From Nannocystales bacterium (lineage in GTDB: Bacteria; Myxococcota_A; Polyangia; Nannocystales; Nannocystaceae), in contig JBOEGF010000010.1 in assembly GCA_050633305.1 (NCBI GenBank), positions 416,001 through 480,000 on the forward strand: DNA of 64,000 bases, written 5' to 3'. Below are positions 12,051 through 21,095 of this stretch, one piece after another. Numbering within the stretch: the first letter of the stretch is position 1; every line of letters begins with the position of its first letter. A program made the translations under genes and the position numbers. Under the pieces are notes generated by a model, which worked only from the letters and a program-made list of their open reading frames with translations, ran no database searches and was not told the DNA's origin.

Positions 12051-12953
12051 TCACGGCTTCGCTGTTGCCGCCTCGTCCAACGACGCTCCTTCGGGACTCT
12101 CGCTTGGGCGAGCCTTGCGGCGCGGACACTCCACGGCGACAACCGAGGACTCCTCCCGGAACGCGTGGCTGCACGCGAGCTGTTTCAAGCCTCGTTTCGC
12201 GATGTGGTGAACGCCCCACCGATCGACGTGAAGGGAAGCCCGCTCCAACTCGAGCAAGGCGGCCCGGTTCGCTTCGTCGAACCCTGCATCGGAGAGGTCG
12301 AGGTGTTCGTGGGCGCGGAGGATCGCGAAGGTGTTCGGCGTTCCGCGGTAGACCTCGCGTAGCTTCGCCTCGATGTGTGCCTTCCCGCTCTGCGGAAGCC
12401 GTACAAACGCCTGGTACCACTCGTCCCGGAGCTCGTGAGCCCTCGCGTCGAGCGTTGCAGCCATGAACTCCAACAACACGTCGTCGCCCTCGTCACGCGC
12501 ATCGTCGAAGAAGCTCGCTCGTTGGACGGTTTGTCGGCGGTAGATCGCCGCACGAACCTCCCGAAGGGGAGGGACCTGTCCCGGCTCCGCGGACTCGACC
12601 CCTTGAAAAATAGCGACCGAACCTTTGTAGAGCGGCCACCACTGCCCACTGTTGCGGCGATACAGCGCTGCGCCGTCGTCGACCGTGAGCTCGACGGAAT
12701 CGTCGCGGCTCCAGCGGTCGGCTGGGTCACCACGGTTCCACAGCTGAGCCTCGAGATCGCCCCACTGGGCGTGTTGTGACTCCCGTTCGTCGAGCTTTGG
12801 GATTGGGTCGTGCCCGCCTTGCCCGATTAAGCGCTGCTCGGTCCGCCACACGATCCGGACATCCCCGGACTCGGCGAGGAGCGCATCGCTCTCCCACACC
12901 GTGCACCCGGACGCGCTCACCAGAAGCACGAGTGCGGTCAGGATCCTGCGCAT
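12051..12953 (-). CDS. Hypothetical lipoprotein
   Basis: MRRILTALVLLVSASGC signal/lipobox; TACCCT box 6 nt upstream. Confidence 0.65.
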   Translation of the reverse strand: MRRILTALVLLVSASGCTVWESDALLAESGDVRIVWRTEQRLIGQGGHDPIPKLDERESQHAQWGDLEAQLWNRGDPADRWSRDDSVELTVDDGAALYRRNSGQWWPLYKGSVAIFQGVESAEPGQVPPLREVRAAIYRRQTVQRASFFDDARDEGDDVLLEFMAATLDARAHELRDEWYQAFVRLPQSGKAHIEAKLREVYRGTPNTFAILRAHEHLDLSDAGFDEANRAALLELERASLHVDRWGVHHIAKRGLKQLACSHAFREESSVVAVECPRRKARPSESPEGASLDEAATAKP

Positions 12954-13031
12954 CGGACAAGGGTAGCCCGAGGGGTCCGGGGTCAACGCGCGCTTTTTTG
13001 TAGGGGCGGGTGAGACTGTTAGGTTTTGGTG

Positions 13032-13931
13032 GTGAGACCTGGAATCGCCGCGTGGCTCATGGGGTGCCTTCTGGCGGCCTGTGGAACGGCGGAGCCCGAG
13101 GTTGCACTCCGAGTCGACGCTGCACAGCCGGCGGCTGAGCTGTCGCTGCAGCCCGTCGCCGAAGCACCGACCGGTGTCGTATCCAACGAAGCGTCACCTT
13201 CAGGTGCAGGGCTGGTCGGAGATCCGAGCGATCGTGAACTCGAGATCCTGGACATGGCGGATGCCGAGTCGGTCGATGCATTGCTCTTGGACCTGCCGGG
13301 CTCCTCCGGTCTGCGCGCTGACGCGGCCGCTGACCTCATCGCAGACGGGGCTCGCAGCGTGGGGACCCCACAGCGCGGCAAGATCCGCAACGCGATCCCA
13401 CTGCCTCCGCGCCCGCATCTGTACACCCGGCGACACCCGGGTCGGTCGTTTGGATCCACGCACACGATTCGGACGATTCAAACCGCGTTGACGACCCTGC
13501 GAGCCGACAAGGGCGTTCAGACTGAAGTCATGATCGGAGACATCAGCTTGCCTCCGGGCGGCCCGATCTCTCCGCACGTCTCGCATCAGAGCGGTCGAGA
13601 CATCGACATCCGCTTGCTTCTGGTCCCGGGGTTGGATCGCGAGACCGTCCCGGTCGACGCGAAGTCGGTGGATTGGGATGCGACGTGGGCCATGGTCCAC
13701 AGCTTCTTGGAGACGGGCGCGGTGAAGGTGCTGTTCCTCGACTTCCACCGCCAGGGGCTGCTGCACGCCGCGGCGCTGCGCGCTGGCGTGCACCCGAACG
13801 TCGCCCGGAGGTGGTTCCAGTGGCCCCAACCAGGTGGGCCGGGGCTGATTCGGCACGAGGCCGGCCATCGCGCGCATGTGCATGTCCGGCTTGGATGTGG
13901 TCACAACGAGCGGTCTTGTCGCGGTTCGTAG
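13032..13931 (+). CDS. Penicillin-insensitive murein endopeptidase (MepA-like) lipoprotein
   Basis: IGDISLPPGG, HVSHQSGRDIDI and HVHVRL LAS-metallopeptidase motifs; lipobox LLAAC. Confidence 0.85.
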   Translation: MRPGIAAWLMGCLLAACGTAEPEVALRVDAAQPAAELSLQPVAEAPTGVVSNEASPSGAGLVGDPSDRELEILDMADAESVDALLLDLPGSSGLRADAAADLIADGARSVGTPQRGKIRNAIPLPPRPHLYTRRHPGRSFGSTHTIRTIQTALTTLRADKGVQTEVMIGDISLPPGGPISPHVSHQSGRDIDIRLLLVPGLDRETVPVDAKSVDWDATWAMVHSFLETGAVKVLFLDFHRQGLLHAAALRAGVHPNVARRWFQWPQPGGPGLIRHEAGHRAHVHVRLGCGHNERSCRGS

Positions 13932-14015
13932 CCGCAAACGTGCGGATTCGGCCTTGCGACCGCCGTTGGGTGAGCGGTCCGGCCGGGTACGAACACAAAA
14001 AAAGTGAACGACCCG

Positions 14016-14042
14016 GTGACGGGTCCGCTCCAATCCGGCCAT
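14016..14042 (+). promoter_or_regulatory. Putative ECF sigma promoter (GTGACGGG-N13-GGCCAT)
   Basis: Both boxes and the spacing are identical to 42843-42869 on the minus strand. Confidence 0.6.
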
Positions 14043-14081
14043 CCCAGCCAATACCCCCCGCAGTTGGGGGCTGGCTTGACC

Positions 14082-14948
14082 ATGGCTTTCCAAAACTCCT
14101 CTTCGATCTTCGTGGCTCTCAGCGCCGCGAGCCTGCTTTTTCTTCCGGCTTGCGATTCCGCGGTCGATGCCGACGACACCGGTGGCACGACAGGCGGAAG
14201 TTCCACCTCGGGCCCTCCCGCCACATCCTCCACGACGACGACGCCCGGGAGCTCGTCGAGTTCGACAGACCCAGGGACGACGACGGTATCCCCGGGGTCT
14301 TCGTCAACCGGTGTGGACATGACCAGCAGCACGACCGACGCTTCGTCGAGCACGGGTGAGCCTGGGGACTGTGTGGATGAGGACATCGGCGACGCCGTCG
14401 GCGAGGAGGTGGCAAGTGGGACGAACGACGGGCAGGGCGATGACTTCAGCCTTCGCTACTGCGACGGGGCGAGCACCTCGACCTCCACGACCGACCCGAC
14501 GACCGTTTCGACGTCGGGCCCCGATGACACGGGCGGCGGCGGAGGGGCCACGACTGGGGTAGGTGGCGGGACCACGGGAGACTTCGGCGATGGCGGAGAT
14601 GACTACGTCGTGTCCTGGACGCCACCCTCGAGCGGGCCGTTCGTCCTGGACACGTTTGGCTCAGGGATCGACACCGTCCTCTCCGTGGTCGCGCCCGGAT
14701 GTGGCGCTCCTGCAGTGGACTGCAACGACGACTGCGACGGCTTCGAGGCGGGTCTCCTCTACGAAGCGACCGAGGGGGAGACGGTCTTCATCGTGATCGA
14801 GGGGTACTCCGGGCGGCAAGGCTCCTTCGTGCTGAATATCGCCGAGGGGGAGGACTTGGAGTGTGGCGGCTTCGACACCGATGGTCCGATGGGCAGCTCG
14901 ACCTCAGTCGGAACCTCCGTGGGAACCTCGCCGGGAACCTCGCCTTAG
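14082..14948 (+). CDS. Lipoprotein with Ser/Thr stalks and PPC-like beta domain
   Basis: Lipobox LPAC; DYVVSWTPP...DTFGSGIDTVL...CNDD...VFIVIEGY. Confidence 0.7.
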   Translation: MAFQNSSSIFVALSAASLLFLPACDSAVDADDTGGTTGGSSTSGPPATSSTTTTPGSSSSSTDPGTTTVSPGSSSTGVDMTSSTTDASSSTGEPGDCVDEDIGDAVGEEVASGTNDGQGDDFSLRYCDGASTSTSTTDPTTVSTSGPDDTGGGGGATTGVGGGTTGDFGDGGDDYVVSWTPPSSGPFVLDTFGSGIDTVLSVVAPGCGAPAVDCNDDCDGFEAGLLYEATEGETVFIVIEGYSGRQGSFVLNIAEGEDLECGGFDTDGPMGSSTSVGTSVGTSPGTSP

Positions 14949-15078
14949 TTTCCTTTTCGGTGTGGCCGAGAGTCGCTCCGGGCGAGCGCAAAGGTCGGGG
15001 GCGACCGTTTGCTCGCTCGGGGTTACTTTTTCGGCTGCCGCTGGCGAAACCTCGACGCGTCGGCCAGTCTTGGTGCGG

Positions 15079-15561
15079 ATGGGCGACGACCTCACGCGCT
15101 TCAAGGGCGACAACCAGAACGTGCCGGCTCGGTTCTCGCCATACGGCGGCAGTCGGCTGGCTCCCGCGATCGACATTGTCGACACCGCGAAGCAGATCGC
15201 GGAGGCGGACCGGGTGATCGGCACGGTCGTGAACGCGAAGCTCGAAGTCATCGCCGAGCAGATCCGGAATCTGCAGGACCAGGCCCGGGCGGTCTTGAGT
15301 CAGGCGTTGGACGACGCCGACCTGCATCGCGCGCAATGTCGGTTTCAAAAGAGGGTGGGAGAGACCTACTTCCTGTACCGAGAGAGCGGCGGGACCCCGT
15401 ACTTCTCCATGCTCAGTCCGGACGACTGGAAAGGCAGCCCCCCGCACGAGTTCGGAGGCGCGTACCGACTCGAGGCGGACATGAGCTGGTCGCCCGCGGA
15501 GCACGCCAAGCCGCCGACGCAGGAGATGCTGCTCGCGCTGGCCGGCGTCTCAAAACCTTGA
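15079..15561 (+). CDS. DUF2452 family protein (C1orf50-like)
   Basis: IAEQIRNLQ...LHRAQCRFQKRVGETYFLY...SMLSPDDW...AYRLEADMSW. Confidence 0.75.
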   Translation: MGDDLTRFKGDNQNVPARFSPYGGSRLAPAIDIVDTAKQIAEADRVIGTVVNAKLEVIAEQIRNLQDQARAVLSQALDDADLHRAQCRFQKRVGETYFLYRESGGTPYFSMLSPDDWKGSPPHEFGGAYRLEADMSWSPAEHAKPPTQEMLLALAGVSKP

Positions 15562-15605
15562 ACTCATCTCGAGAACTTCTGTCCGTCGGGGGCGTCCAAC
15601 CCGTC

Positions 15606-16157
15606 GTGCGTGCATCGACCTCCCTGAGTTTGCTGCTTGTGGCCTGTACGCCCGCTGCGCGACCGGACCCCGTCGAAGTCGAGCCCAAGCCGCAGATCTT
15701 GGACGTGGCAGGGGCGACCGTCGTGGATCCTCCGCTGGCTCCGATGCCACCGGACGCGGTGATCGAGCTGACACGAACCCGCTGCTATGGCGGGTGTCCG
15801 GCCTATGAGGTCTCCATGGATGCTGATGGGCATGTGAGCTGGGAGGGCACTGCCCACGTGACGCGCAAGGGCGCCGCGTCCTGGAGCGTTTCCGCGAAGG
15901 CCGTCGAGGGCTTGTGGCAAGAGCTGGACGGCCTTCCGTGGGACCGACTGCCGCCGAGCACCGGGGAAGCCGAGTGCCCCGAGTTGTTCAGCGATCACCC
16001 GTCGTTCACCCTCGTGGTTCGAGCAGGCGGCGTTTCACGGGGCATCACGCACTACACGGGGTGCAAGGGGCACCCGGACTACGACGCACTCGGCCCGGTC
16101 TCCCACCAAGTCGACTTCGTCGCGGATACCGAGGCCGCTATCGGTTCGCGCGAATGA
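15606..16157 (+). CDS. DUF6438-like lipoprotein
   Basis: Lipobox LLVAC; ELTRTRCYGGCPAYEVSMDADG. Confidence 0.7.
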   Translation: MRASTSLSLLLVACTPAARPDPVEVEPKPQILDVAGATVVDPPLAPMPPDAVIELTRTRCYGGCPAYEVSMDADGHVSWEGTAHVTRKGAASWSVSAKAVEGLWQELDGLPWDRLPPSTGEAECPELFSDHPSFTLVVRAGGVSRGITHYTGCKGHPDYDALGPVSHQVDFVADTEAAIGSRE

Positions 16158-16214
16158 CGCGTTCGTCCCGGCGGTGTCTTGCGATCCGTTCGGGGATCCG
16201 CTAAACCCCGGCCC

Positions 16215-16262
16215 CTTCCTTGTTCTCACCATGGTGGTGGGGGCCAGAAGTCCGAAAGGGAG
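16215..16262 (+). promoter_or_regulatory. S6:S18 ribosomal leader (autoregulatory RNA)
   Basis: CUUCCUUG, inner hairpin, UCCG internal loop, then AAAGGGAG pairing over the SD of rpsF; same architecture as the known rpsF leader. Confidence 0.7.
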
Positions 16263-16269
16263 CCCAAAC

Positions 16270-16866
16270 ATGGCATCAGAAGAAACGGTCGGCGCGGTTC
16301 AGTCCGTCGCCTCCAAGAAAAACACTCAGCGCGAGTACGAGACGGTCACGATCCTCCGTCCCGACACTGGCAAGCCCCAGATCAAAGCCCTTATCGAGCG
16401 CGTACAAGGCGTCGCCGAGAAGCAGGCCGGAAGCCTCGTCAAGATCGACAGCTGGGGCATGCGTGTCCTCGCCTACCCGGTCGCTCACCAGCGCAAGGGC
16501 ATCTACCTGTACTGGCGCTACCTCGGTGGCTCCGACATGGTGGCCGAGCTTGAGCGGAACCTTCGTCTGTCCGATCGCGTCATGCGTTTCTACTCGGTCC
16601 GCGTCGACGACGATGTCGATCCCGGAGCGCGTCCCTCGGAGATCAACGACGAGCTCCTCGACGCCGTGTCCGAGCCCGGACCCGACCCCGAAGAGATCGC
16701 CCGCAAAGCCGCCGAAGCTGAAGAAGCACGGCGCGCCGAAGAAGCTGCCGTCGCCGCAGCCGCAGCCGCTGTGGCCGCGGAAGAAGCCGCAGCAGCAGCC
16801 GCCAAAGAAGCAGCCGCAGAAGCCGACGCTCCCGCTGCTGAAACCGAGACCAAGGAAGAGGGTTGA
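16270..16866 (+). CDS. rpsF: 30S ribosomal protein S6 with long Ala/Glu tail
   Basis: REYETVTILRP, WGMRVLAYPV, ELERNLRLSDRVMRF. Confidence 0.95.
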   Translation: MASEETVGAVQSVASKKNTQREYETVTILRPDTGKPQIKALIERVQGVAEKQAGSLVKIDSWGMRVLAYPVAHQRKGIYLYWRYLGGSDMVAELERNLRLSDRVMRFYSVRVDDDVDPGARPSEINDELLDAVSEPGPDPEEIARKAAEAEEARRAEEAAVAAAAAAVAAEEAAAAAAKEAAAEADAPAAETETKEEG

Positions 16867-16869
16867 TCG

Positions 16870-17157
16870 ATGTCTGACCGATACGAACGTTCCGAGCGTG
16901 GAGACCGTGGTGACCGAGGCGATCGCGGAGATCGCGGCGAGCGCGGCGAGAAGGGCAAAAAGTCCCGCTTCAACTTCTCCGAGAAAGAGCTGGTCATTGA
17001 CTACAAGAACCCCCAGCTCCTCAAGAACTTCCTCACCGACCGCGGCAAGATCATTCCCGCGCGTATCTCCGGTCTGAGCGCTCGGCAACAGCGGTCGCTC
17101 ACCAAGGCCATCAAGCGCGCGCGCATGCTCGCCCTGCTGCCTTTCACCTCCTCCTGA
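16870..17157 (+). CDS. rpsR: 30S ribosomal protein S18 (Cys-free)
   Basis: IDYKN...[11 protein letters not shown]...[19 protein letters not shown]. Confidence 0.97.
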   Translation: MSDRYERSERGDRGDRGDRGDRGERGEKGKKSRFNFSEKELVIDYKNPQLLKNFLTDRGKIIPARISGLSARQQRSLTKAIKRARMLALLPFTSS

Positions 17158-17201
17158 GCTGACTCAGAGCCGTTCAGCGAGAGAAAAAGGGAGACCCAAT
17201 C

Positions 17202-17657
17202 ATGGCGAACATGTCCATCATCCTCACCCAAGACGTCGACAAGCTCGGCCGTGCCGGTGAGATCGTTACCGTCAAGCCCGGCTACGGCCGGAACTTCCTC
17301 TTGCCCCGCAGCCTCGGCCTCCTGGCCACGCGCGGCAATGTGGCCCAGCTCGAGCACCACCGTCGTGCCATCGCTCGCGAGCAGTCCAAGATTCGCGACG
17401 AGTACGAGGCGCTTGCCAAGCAGCTCGAAGGCATCAAGGTGTCGATCGCGCGCAAAGCTGGCAAAGACGAGAAGCTCTTCGGCTCCGTGTCCAACAAGGA
17501 CATCGTCGAGGCGCTCAGCGCACAGAACATCAAGATCGATCGCCGCATCGTTCAGCTCTCGGAGCCCATCAAGAGCACCGGTAGCCACGACGTCGTCGTC
17601 CGATTCTCGGCCGATGTGTCCGCGACGCTTCAGGTGAACGTCGTCGGCATCGGCTAG
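17202..17657 (+). CDS. rplI: 50S ribosomal protein L9
   Basis: LGRAGEIVTVKPGYGRNFLLP, KLFGSV. Confidence 0.97.
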   Translation: MANMSIILTQDVDKLGRAGEIVTVKPGYGRNFLLPRSLGLLATRGNVAQLEHHRRAIAREQSKIRDEYEALAKQLEGIKVSIARKAGKDEKLFGSVSNKDIVEALSAQNIKIDRRIVQLSEPIKSTGSHDVVVRFSADVSATLQVNVVGIG

Positions 17658-17677
17658 TCCGAACGCCCCGCGTTCTC

Positions 17678-17715
17678 GAAAGCCCCCGGGTGTCCGTCAG
17701 GACCTCGGGGTTTTC
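17678..17715 (+). terminator. Terminator after rplI
   Basis: GAAAGCCCCCGGG...CTCGGGGTTTTC imperfect stem with T tail. Confidence 0.6.
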
Positions 17716-17754
17716 ATTGGTTTCGAACGTTGAACTCTGGGATGATGTTCAGGT

Positions 17755-18567
17755 ATGTCTGGCTGGAAGCTTCGTTATGTTGGTTTTGGATCCGTTGACC
17801 GGCGCTCGAAGAACCGAATCCGCGCGCTCACCACAGTCGCCGCCTTGGGATTTGGCCTGACGCCAGGATGCGACGCAGCCGTCGATCCTCCCGAGGACTC
17901 TGGTTCGTCGAGCGCTGCCGGCGACGACTCCTCGACCTCGGATGGCAGCGGCGCCGTGACGAGTGCATCCCCAGCGACGACGAACAACTCCTCCTCGACA
18001 AGCACGCCGCCCAACCCGACGCCGCCGACCGCAACGGCGGCGGTCACGACGGCTTCGACATTCGGCACGAGCAGCAGCGGGTTTGGGTCGTCGGGGAGCA
18101 GCGGTGGACCCGACACGTGCGGCAACGGTGCGGTCGACTTTGCCGAGCAGTGTGACGGCGAGGACCTGTTTGGGTTTTCGTGCGAGGCGCTTGGTCTTGG
18201 CGAAGGTGTGCTCGCGTGCTCGCAGGCATGCCTGTTCGATACGACCGACTGCGTGGGAGCACTCCCGGACTGTGGTGACGGGCTCGTTCAACCCGGCGAG
18301 CAGTGTGACCAGGACAATCTCCAGGGACTCTCCTGCGAAGCGTTGGGGCTCGGTGGCGGGTTCCTGGCGTGCACGCTGGACTGCACCTTCGATACATCCG
18401 GTTGCATGGATGGGGCTGGATGCGGCGATGGCTTCATCAGCCCGGGGGAGCAGTGTGATGGCAACGATCTTCAGGGGCTGAGCTGCGAAGCGCTGGGGCT
18501 CGGAGGCGGGGCGCTCGCGTGCGATCCCGTCCAGTGTGTCTTCGACACCTCCGGCTGTGTCCCGTGA
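17755..18567 (+). CDS. Lipoprotein with Ser/Thr stalk and three Cys-rich repeats
   Basis: Lipobox LTPGC; 3x CGxG...EQCD...SCEALGLG...C...C.FDT..C. Confidence 0.75.
   Translation: MSGWKLRYVGFGSVDRRSKNRIRALTTVAALGFGLTPGCDAAVDPPEDSGSSSAAGDDSSTSDGSGAVTSASPATTNNSSSTSTPPNPTPPTATAAVTTASTFGTSSSGFGSSGSSGGPDTCGNGAVDFAEQCDGEDLFGFSCEALGLGEGVLACSQACLFDTTDCVGALPDCGDGLVQPGEQCDQDNLQGLSCEALGLGGGFLACTLDCTFDTSGCMDGAGCGDGFISPGEQCDGNDLQGLSCEALGLGGGALACDPVQCVFDTSGCVP
18118..18558 (+). repeat. Three tandem Cys-rich coding repeats (period about 150 bp)
   Basis: GAGCAGTGTGA and TGCGARGCGYTKGG recur three times. Confidence 0.8.
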
Positions 18568-18607
18568 CGTCGCGCCCGATGGGCACGCTCAGGCATCCGC
18601 AGGATTC

Positions 18608-20614
18608 TTAGAGTCCACGTAGGTCGTCGTCGAGCTTCGTCGCAATGCCGTGGGCGGGCGGAGGCTCGGACGGCTCCGCAACAGGGGCTGGCGGCTCTGC
18701 CGCGGGGGCGTTGCGACGTGGACGGTTCCGGGTCTTCTTGTTGTGTCGCGTGGGTTTGGGCGGCTCTACGACGGGCCCGACAGCCTCACGCAGCTTCTGC
18801 AACCGCTGACCCAGCCCCTTACACGCGGACGTTTTCCCCGTTGGCGGGTTGGCCTCTCGAATCGCCCAGAGGAACGCACGAGGTCTCTCGCTACCCTCCA
18901 TGATCGTCAGGGCATCCGAGAAGGTTCGGCACGGAGACTCCGACTCATTTGCCTGGACGAGGTCCAAGCCGACGTGAAGCTCGACCGACACCTCGCCGGG
19001 TTCATTTGCCAGCAGGGCGTGCCGCTCGACGTAGCCGAGTTTTCGCAGGTCGGCCAACATGACGGGCATGTGTGCGGGCTCTTCCGCGACCGGTTTGGCC
19101 GGGCTGGGTTTGTCCGCGGGGGGCTCTTCCGTGGCCGTGGCGGCGGGGACGGTCTTGGCGGCGGTGACTTGCGAGGCGGCGGCGTGGGATTGCGTGCCGG
19201 TTTGGGTCGACTGCCACCAAGCTCCGCCGCCGAGCGCGAGCAACAAGGCGACAGCGGCGGCCCACAGTACAGGCGGTACACCACGCCTTGATCCCTCCGG
19301 CTCCGCGGTCACGGGCTCGAGCGCGGGCCCCGAGGCCTCGGTTCGGTCTCTCTCCAGAGCACGTTCGGCGACGAGCGTCTTGGGCTCGCTCGTCTCTGCC
19401 GGGGAAAGGACGATGGAGGCAGCTGCAACCGCCCGCTCCGGCTGTTGAGGAGCCCCAGGCTCTGACGGCTTCGATTCGCGTGGAGCGGATGCGGCGGAAC
19501 GGGGGCCGGGAGCAGCTGGGGCCGGGGCCGGGGTCCCTGCGGGCGCGGGAGGTGGGGGAGCAGGTGCAGGCAACTCCGCGGACGTGGCGACCAAGCTGAG
19601 CTCCGAGGCGGTCGCGGGAACCGACAAGGGACCGCTTCCCAAGTCACTCGGAACCGGGAGCAGCGAGCTGACGAAGGAGATGCTCTCGTGGTTCCGGTGC
19701 GGGAACAGCTTCTCCATATGGGCCGAGAGCCTCGACGAGGACAGTGGAATCTGGTGTTTGAGCGTGAAGCCTTCGAGCGCGTCCCGGAACTCCTGCGCGG
19801 TCGCGTACCGGTCCTCCCGGTCACGCTTCATCGCCCTGAGAACGATGCGTTCCAGCTCGGGTGGATAGTTCTGGACCACCTCAGTGGGTGGCGGGATTTC
19901 CGCGCGTTCGACTTGCTTGAGCAGCTCGAGGCCGAGCGTGTCGAGGCCGAACAGTTTGCGCCCCGTGCTCAGCTCCCACAGAAGCGTGCCGAGGCTGAAA
20001 ATGTCGCTTCGTCGGTCGACCAACTCGCCGCGACACTGCTCCGGCGACATGTACGAAACCTTGCCCTTGAGGGACCCCGCGACCGTTCCTGGCCCTCGGG
20101 CCGCGATCTTGGCGATCCCGAAGTCGACCAGCTTGATGTTGCCGTCGTAGGTGACCAACACGTTGGACGGAGACACGTCCCGGTGGACGATCTCGAGCGG
20201 GTTGCCGTCCACATCGCGGGTCTCGTGGGCGTGGTGAAGGCCGGCCGCGACGTTGTCCACGATTCGTAACGCGCAACTCAGCGGCATCGGGCTCTTGTTT
20301 TGATGACCCGAGAGCAACACCTGCCGCACGTTGCGCCCGGCGACGAACTCCATCGTGAAGAAAAAGCTCCCGTCGTCCTCCCCGAAATCGAAAACCTGAG
20401 CGATGTTGGGATGGTGAAGACCGGCGGCGAGCTTTGCCTCGGTCAGGAACATCTGGACGAAATCCGGCTGCTCTGCAAACGACGGCAGGATTCGCTTCAG
20501 GACGACCGTCTTCTGAAACCCGTGGCGGGCTTTGGACCTCGCGAGGAAGAGCTCCGCCATGCCTCCGACGGCAAGACGCTCGAGAAGATCGTATTTCCCG
20601 AGTTGGCCCTCCAT
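18608..20614 (-). CDS. Membrane Ser/Thr protein kinase
   Basis: LAVGGMAE, HRDVSPSN, DFGIAK, YMSPEQ; Pro/Ala linker and one TM helix. Confidence 0.92.
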   Translation of the reverse strand: MEGQLGKYDLLERLAVGGMAELFLARSKARHGFQKTVVLKRILPSFAEQPDFVQMFLTEAKLAAGLHHPNIAQVFDFGEDDGSFFFTMEFVAGRNVRQVLLSGHQNKSPMPLSCALRIVDNVAAGLHHAHETRDVDGNPLEIVHRDVSPSNVLVTYDGNIKLVDFGIAKIAARGPGTVAGSLKGKVSYMSPEQCRGELVDRRSDIFSLGTLLWELSTGRKLFGLDTLGLELLKQVERAEIPPPTEVVQNYPPELERIVLRAMKRDREDRYATAQEFRDALEGFTLKHQIPLSSSRLSAHMEKLFPHRNHESISFVSSLLPVPSDLGSGPLSVPATASELSLVATSAELPAPAPPPPAPAGTPAPAPAAPGPRSAASAPRESKPSEPGAPQQPERAVAAASIVLSPAETSEPKTLVAERALERDRTEASGPALEPVTAEPEGSRRGVPPVLWAAAVALLLALGGGAWWQSTQTGTQSHAAASQVTAAKTVPAATATEEPPADKPSPAKPVAEEPAHMPVMLADLRKLGYVERHALLANEPGEVSVELHVGLDLVQANESESPCRTFSDALTIMEGSERPRAFLWAIREANPPTGKTSACKGLGQRLQKLREAVGPVVEPPKPTRHNKKTRNRPRRNAPAAEPPAPVAEPSEPPPAHGIATKLDDDLRGL

Positions 20615-21095
20615 CGGCCCAGTGTAGTCGAGAACCCCCACGAGCCGGGAGAATCCTAATTGTCGGAGTATCGGCGTCGCGGCATGACTCGGTGCCCCAA
20701 CGGGCCCACGTGCCGACTGTCGGCAGCAGCAACTTCGCAGGGGAACACCCGGGTTGAGCTGCCCATAGGCTCTAATCCTGGGAAAGCGACGATGGAATTC
20801 GCGACGACGACTGCGGTGCGGACAACGTGCCGTGCGCTGATTGATTGCGCCGGGAAACAGAAGGTCGCGCCCCAGGGGCGCAGTCGAAAGCGGACGCGAC
20901 TTGAGGTCCCAAGTACCCGGGGTGGAACCGTCCTGACACGGTCGCGTGACCCAGCGTTCGAGGAGCGGGTTTCGGCCGCCGCAGCCGCTGACGGTGGTGG
21001 GGTCCATCGGACTTTGGGGCCAGGGCCCCCTAGCACCTGGTCCTGGCCCTGCGTCCCCCCCGCGCGGGGTTGGATCTACGGTAGTCGGCTCCCGC

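Noticed and set aside
20817..20832. Minus-strand CGGCACGTTGTCCGCA sigma54-like site
   Set aside because: Lacks TT at -15/-14, and the kinase has a better TACACT box 6 nt from its ATG
20919..20932. GGGGTGGAACCG resembling a T-box antiterminator
   Set aside because: No stem I/specifier loop or U-tailed terminator is visible, and the downstream gene is dnaB; no T-box is evident upstream of ileS or hisS either
20640..21060. Possible RNase P, 6S, SRP or tmRNA gene
   Set aside because: Hallmarks (GAGGAAAGUCC, the SRP GGAA loop motif, tmRNA ends) are absent; only AAAGUCC appears, on the minus strand
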